From Balanoglossus misakiensis (taxonomy: Eukaryota; Animalia; Hemichordata): a stretch of 64,000 nt of DNA. The translations under genes were made by a program, and so were the position numbers. How positions within the stretch are numbered: position 1 is the first letter of the stretch; each line of letters begins with the position of its first letter. Below the pieces are notes generated by a model, which was given only the letters and a program-made list of their open reading frames with translations, had not been told where the DNA came from and did no database searches. The stretch lies in the NCBI GenBank assembly GCA_040954595.2, contig CM082580.2, forward strand, positions 5,012,783 to 5,076,782. The letters run 5' to 3'. Positions 61,301-64,000 of this stretch are shown one piece after another.

Positions 61301-61892
61301 TGGTTGATGTTCAACAAACTGATGTCTGTATCTATACTGCCGGCAATGGCTCTACCGCCCTCAAATCCTCGGGTGTGAGGGTTATGCACAAATACCTGGT
61401 AAATGGGAAAGAAAGGTGCAGAAAACGTTCAGGATGCGGGTCTACCATGAGACTGTTGACAGTAGAATGTTTCACATGTGTGAAACCTATGGTCATTTAC
61501 TGGTAAGGTATACAAAGATGTCATATCAAACTGGGAACGGATCTTTCCACTTTCGTTGGCGGAGAGAGCACAAATTTCCCTTTACAATACATTTAAAAAT
61601 CTCACTCCAACAGATGTCAACAATCATGCTATAATTAAAGTTTTTTTTAATCCACATTGCGACAAATTTTGTTTGGGTTGCTGTTAGTCCAGGAGTAAAT
61701 GTATTATCGAATTTTGCACTTGTGGAAAACTTTTCAGCTCTTCCACATCACAGACAAAAACGTGACTTCCCTTACCTTTCCAGCAGTTGTGGCACATGTT
61801 AAACACGGATGCTGTCCATCAAATTTACCCAGACAGACCATGCGTGGGTTAATCTTGTGGTTTAGTTTGAGTGTGAAAATTGGAACCAACAT
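50186..61892 (-). CDS. BBS2: Bardet-Biedl syndrome 2 protein (BBSome subunit), 17 coding exons
   Basis: Exons 61892-61776, 61395-61174, 60818-60693, 60336-60196, 59778-59674, 59458-59372, 59001-58866, 58527-58388, 57918-57802, 56713-56616, 56120-56013, 55544-55418, 55102-54974, 54594-54457, 51773-51661, 51048-50900, 50286-50186. Starts [19 protein letters not shown]; contains [68 protein letters not shown]. Confidence 0.96.
53381..53408. promoter_or_regulatory. Tandem RFX X-box-like motifs in a BBS2 intron
   Basis: GTTGCCGTGACAAC-C-GTTGCCTGGTAAC. Confidence 0.5.
53895..54410. repeat. ~35-bp minisatellite in a BBS2 intron
   Basis: Unit ~TTTTCACCAATAAAAGTTTAAAGTTCAGACTTTGTA, with a ~205-bp block of variants repeated twice. 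Confidence 0.93.
56178..56262. mobile_element. Tiny piggyBac-like MITE
   Basis: TTAA|CCCTTTCACC...GGTGAAAGGG|TAAA (right target site degenerate). Confidence 0.55.
57024..57622. mobile_element. Tc1/mariner-pogo-type MITE (TA target duplication)
   Basis: TA|CCGTAGTTTGCCGGGTAAGAGCCCC...GGGGCTCTTACCCGGCAAACTACGG|TA; internal direct repeat CGAGGCCATATCCGG. Confidence 0.88.
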
Positions 61893-63122
61893 GACTGGAT
61901 GGAGATCTCTTCACCTACAAACACAAAGAAGCCATCAAATGAAATCAGTGGCATTAATTATAGCAGCCCATAACATGGCAAATATGTACTCGATATAACC
62001 AGACAATGAATAATGGCATAAGTCAGGTGTGAGAAATTCTACTACACCATTGACAAAGCCTAAACTTTTTATATGGGTACATCAACATGCAAGTTTTAAA
62101 AGACTGCATAAAGATTTCAGGGCTTTTCAGGTAAGCTGTCAGAAATGATGCACATTTGTCAAGAGTGCAAAGTGGACAGAATTGGTTTAATCTGTCAAAT
62201 GTTGTCAAGGAAACCCTAACATACGATAAATCAGTCTCTACTGCAGTCAGCATGCACTTTTGAGTCTAAAACAACATTTTGACCATTTTCAAAATATAAT
62301 GGCGTTACATTTCTGCAAATGTTACTTCGACGCATATTCTGCATTGCAGAGGCAAATATTTGTTTCACTTTAGGTTAGCATTATTATTATTATTGGGGGG
62401 GGGGGGGGGAGTAGCCAGTCCTGCTTCCCAAGATATCTTATCCTCTCAATGAGTGACACTGCATAGTTTCAATCAGCGATTCACGGCAGCAATATCCATG
62501 CACTTAGTAGCTACATGTCTCCCTGCAAATATAGCTCTCAATAATCCTTCCCTACTGATCTGCTGCAGCTATTAGGCATATACATGTACATGGTTGTATG
62601 TTACACTAATGTATATCCCTATCTTTTCAGGTTCTCGTAAATTTATGCTTACCAAGTTTAGAAGAAGCGTTTTAGAAAGAATAAATTTAAGTATTCTCGA
62701 CTGACTCCTCTTCGTAAAACAGATTCTTCCAGGAATTACGTCACAATCATAGTTACACCTCCAGGGATAAGTCCTATGTTGACATCTTGACAATCATACA
62801 TTCGAAGTCCGCAGCAGGAAAAATGTTTCAGCGCAAAACCTCATGGGTAATAACGCCTCGTTCAATATTTGCATACTGTAGTTTTATTTGTTTCTAGGTT
62901 TTGAAGGGTTGTCTAGAAAAAAGTGGTTTCCGTAAAATTACAATCATAAGCATCCCATATGTATATGGAAAGAGACTTGAAATATGCATGCCGAAATAAG
63001 TGATTGTGCTAACCATTTCAATCTCAGTAGGGAACGAGCCTGACAATTTCCTGTCAAAATGGCAGCGCCCATTAGTACTTCCGGGCACGCTCAATGTGTT
63101 GTTTTGGTGACAGGCCAGGAAG

Positions 63123-63601
63123 ATGAACCGTAATTTATTCAGGTGTGGTTGTTAAGTCGCATCTATTTGGTTTTGCGTTGTAGCAACATGCCACGTTAAA
63201 ATCATAGTGACATGAAATTTTGGGTGACAATATTCCAAAATGTGTTTGTTCATTGCAAACGCGTTTCACTTCAGATAAGTTCAGTCCTGCACATGACGGC
63301 TGCGTGTTTCATCATGTTCATTTGTGTGTGTGCACAGTCAGATAGGGCTACGGGAAAACGCGTTGATTGTGATGCAAAAGGTTTACATTGTTTCGCCTAG
63401 CGACGACTGGGGGGGGGGTCTCCTTCTAGCTCCTGTGTTCAGAATCAAAACACACACACGTGCCACACTCACACCCCAGGACTCACACATCCACTCACAG
63501 GGAGATAGATACATACATACATACATACATACATACATACATACATACATACATACATACATACATACATACATACATACATACATACATACATACATAC
63601 A

Positions 63602-63633
<32 letters not shown>

Positions 63634-63889
63634 AAGTATTGATTGATTGATTGATTGATTGATTATGTGGTATGTGTCATATTCTATCGTGTGTGATTCC
63701 TCTGACAGGACAATAGTAACGGCAACTCAACATGTGAAAAGTGCTTTTTCAAATCATCAGTCAAAATGTAGAACTTACTGGACGTCTAGTAAATTCTGGT
63801 CTTTATTGGGTCTTGGGACTGGTGTCTCCATATGTGCTCAGGTTGTTAAGCCAGTGGATGATGTTCAAGATAATAAGTCAAAACTGCCA
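63123..63889 (+). CDS. Probable first two exons of an unidentified gene divergent from BBS2 (partial; possible mitochondrial presequence)
   Basis: ATGAACCGTAATTTATTCAG|gtgtgg (63123-63142) joins in phase to cag|63709-63889|gtaagt: MNRNLFRTIVTATQHVKSAFSNHQSKCRTYWTSSKFWSLLGLGTGVSICAQ...; YY1-like AAAATGGC and ETS ACTTCCGG motifs just upstream. Confidence 0.45.
63509..63664. repeat. (ATAC)n followed by (GATT)n microsatellites
   Basis: Direct reading. Confidence 0.97.
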
Positions 63890-64000
63890 GTAAGTGTGTG
63901 TCTTTCTTTTCATATATTTTACACTTTCATGTTTATGTGGAACTGTAAATAGTGTATATACATAAATTTGTATTAGGTGACCATAAAGGTAATTCACTCC

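Overview
Eukaryotic, intron-rich animal genomic DNA; the gene and repeat content suggests a marine invertebrate, probably a deuterostome (inference). Genes reconstructed by hand from splice sites: a 13-exon OSR1/SPAK kinase (-), head-to-head with a divergent Cdc42-like GTPase lacking a CAAX box (+); two tRNA-Leu(CAG) genes; a secreted Kringle + short-chain-collagen-C4-like protein (-); two tandem paralogues of a 194-aa secreted Cys-rich protein I do not recognise (-); a secreted C-type lectin + F5/8C (discoidin) protein (+); an intronless class A GPCR (-); a complete 17-coding-exon BBS2 (-); and the probable 5' end of another gene (+). The central 18-43 kb is structurally dynamic. It holds two related tRNA-Gly(TCC) tandem arrays in opposite orientation, one inside a ~350-bp inverted repeat; a 5.6-kb 88-bp satellite with a higher-order duplication; many MITEs; several tiny TAG...CTA hairpin insertions with 9-10-bp target duplications; and an ~8-kb block bracketed by inverted elements with an identical 8-mer on their inner sides. 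Coordinates were counted by hand and may be off by a few bases. No database searches were run.
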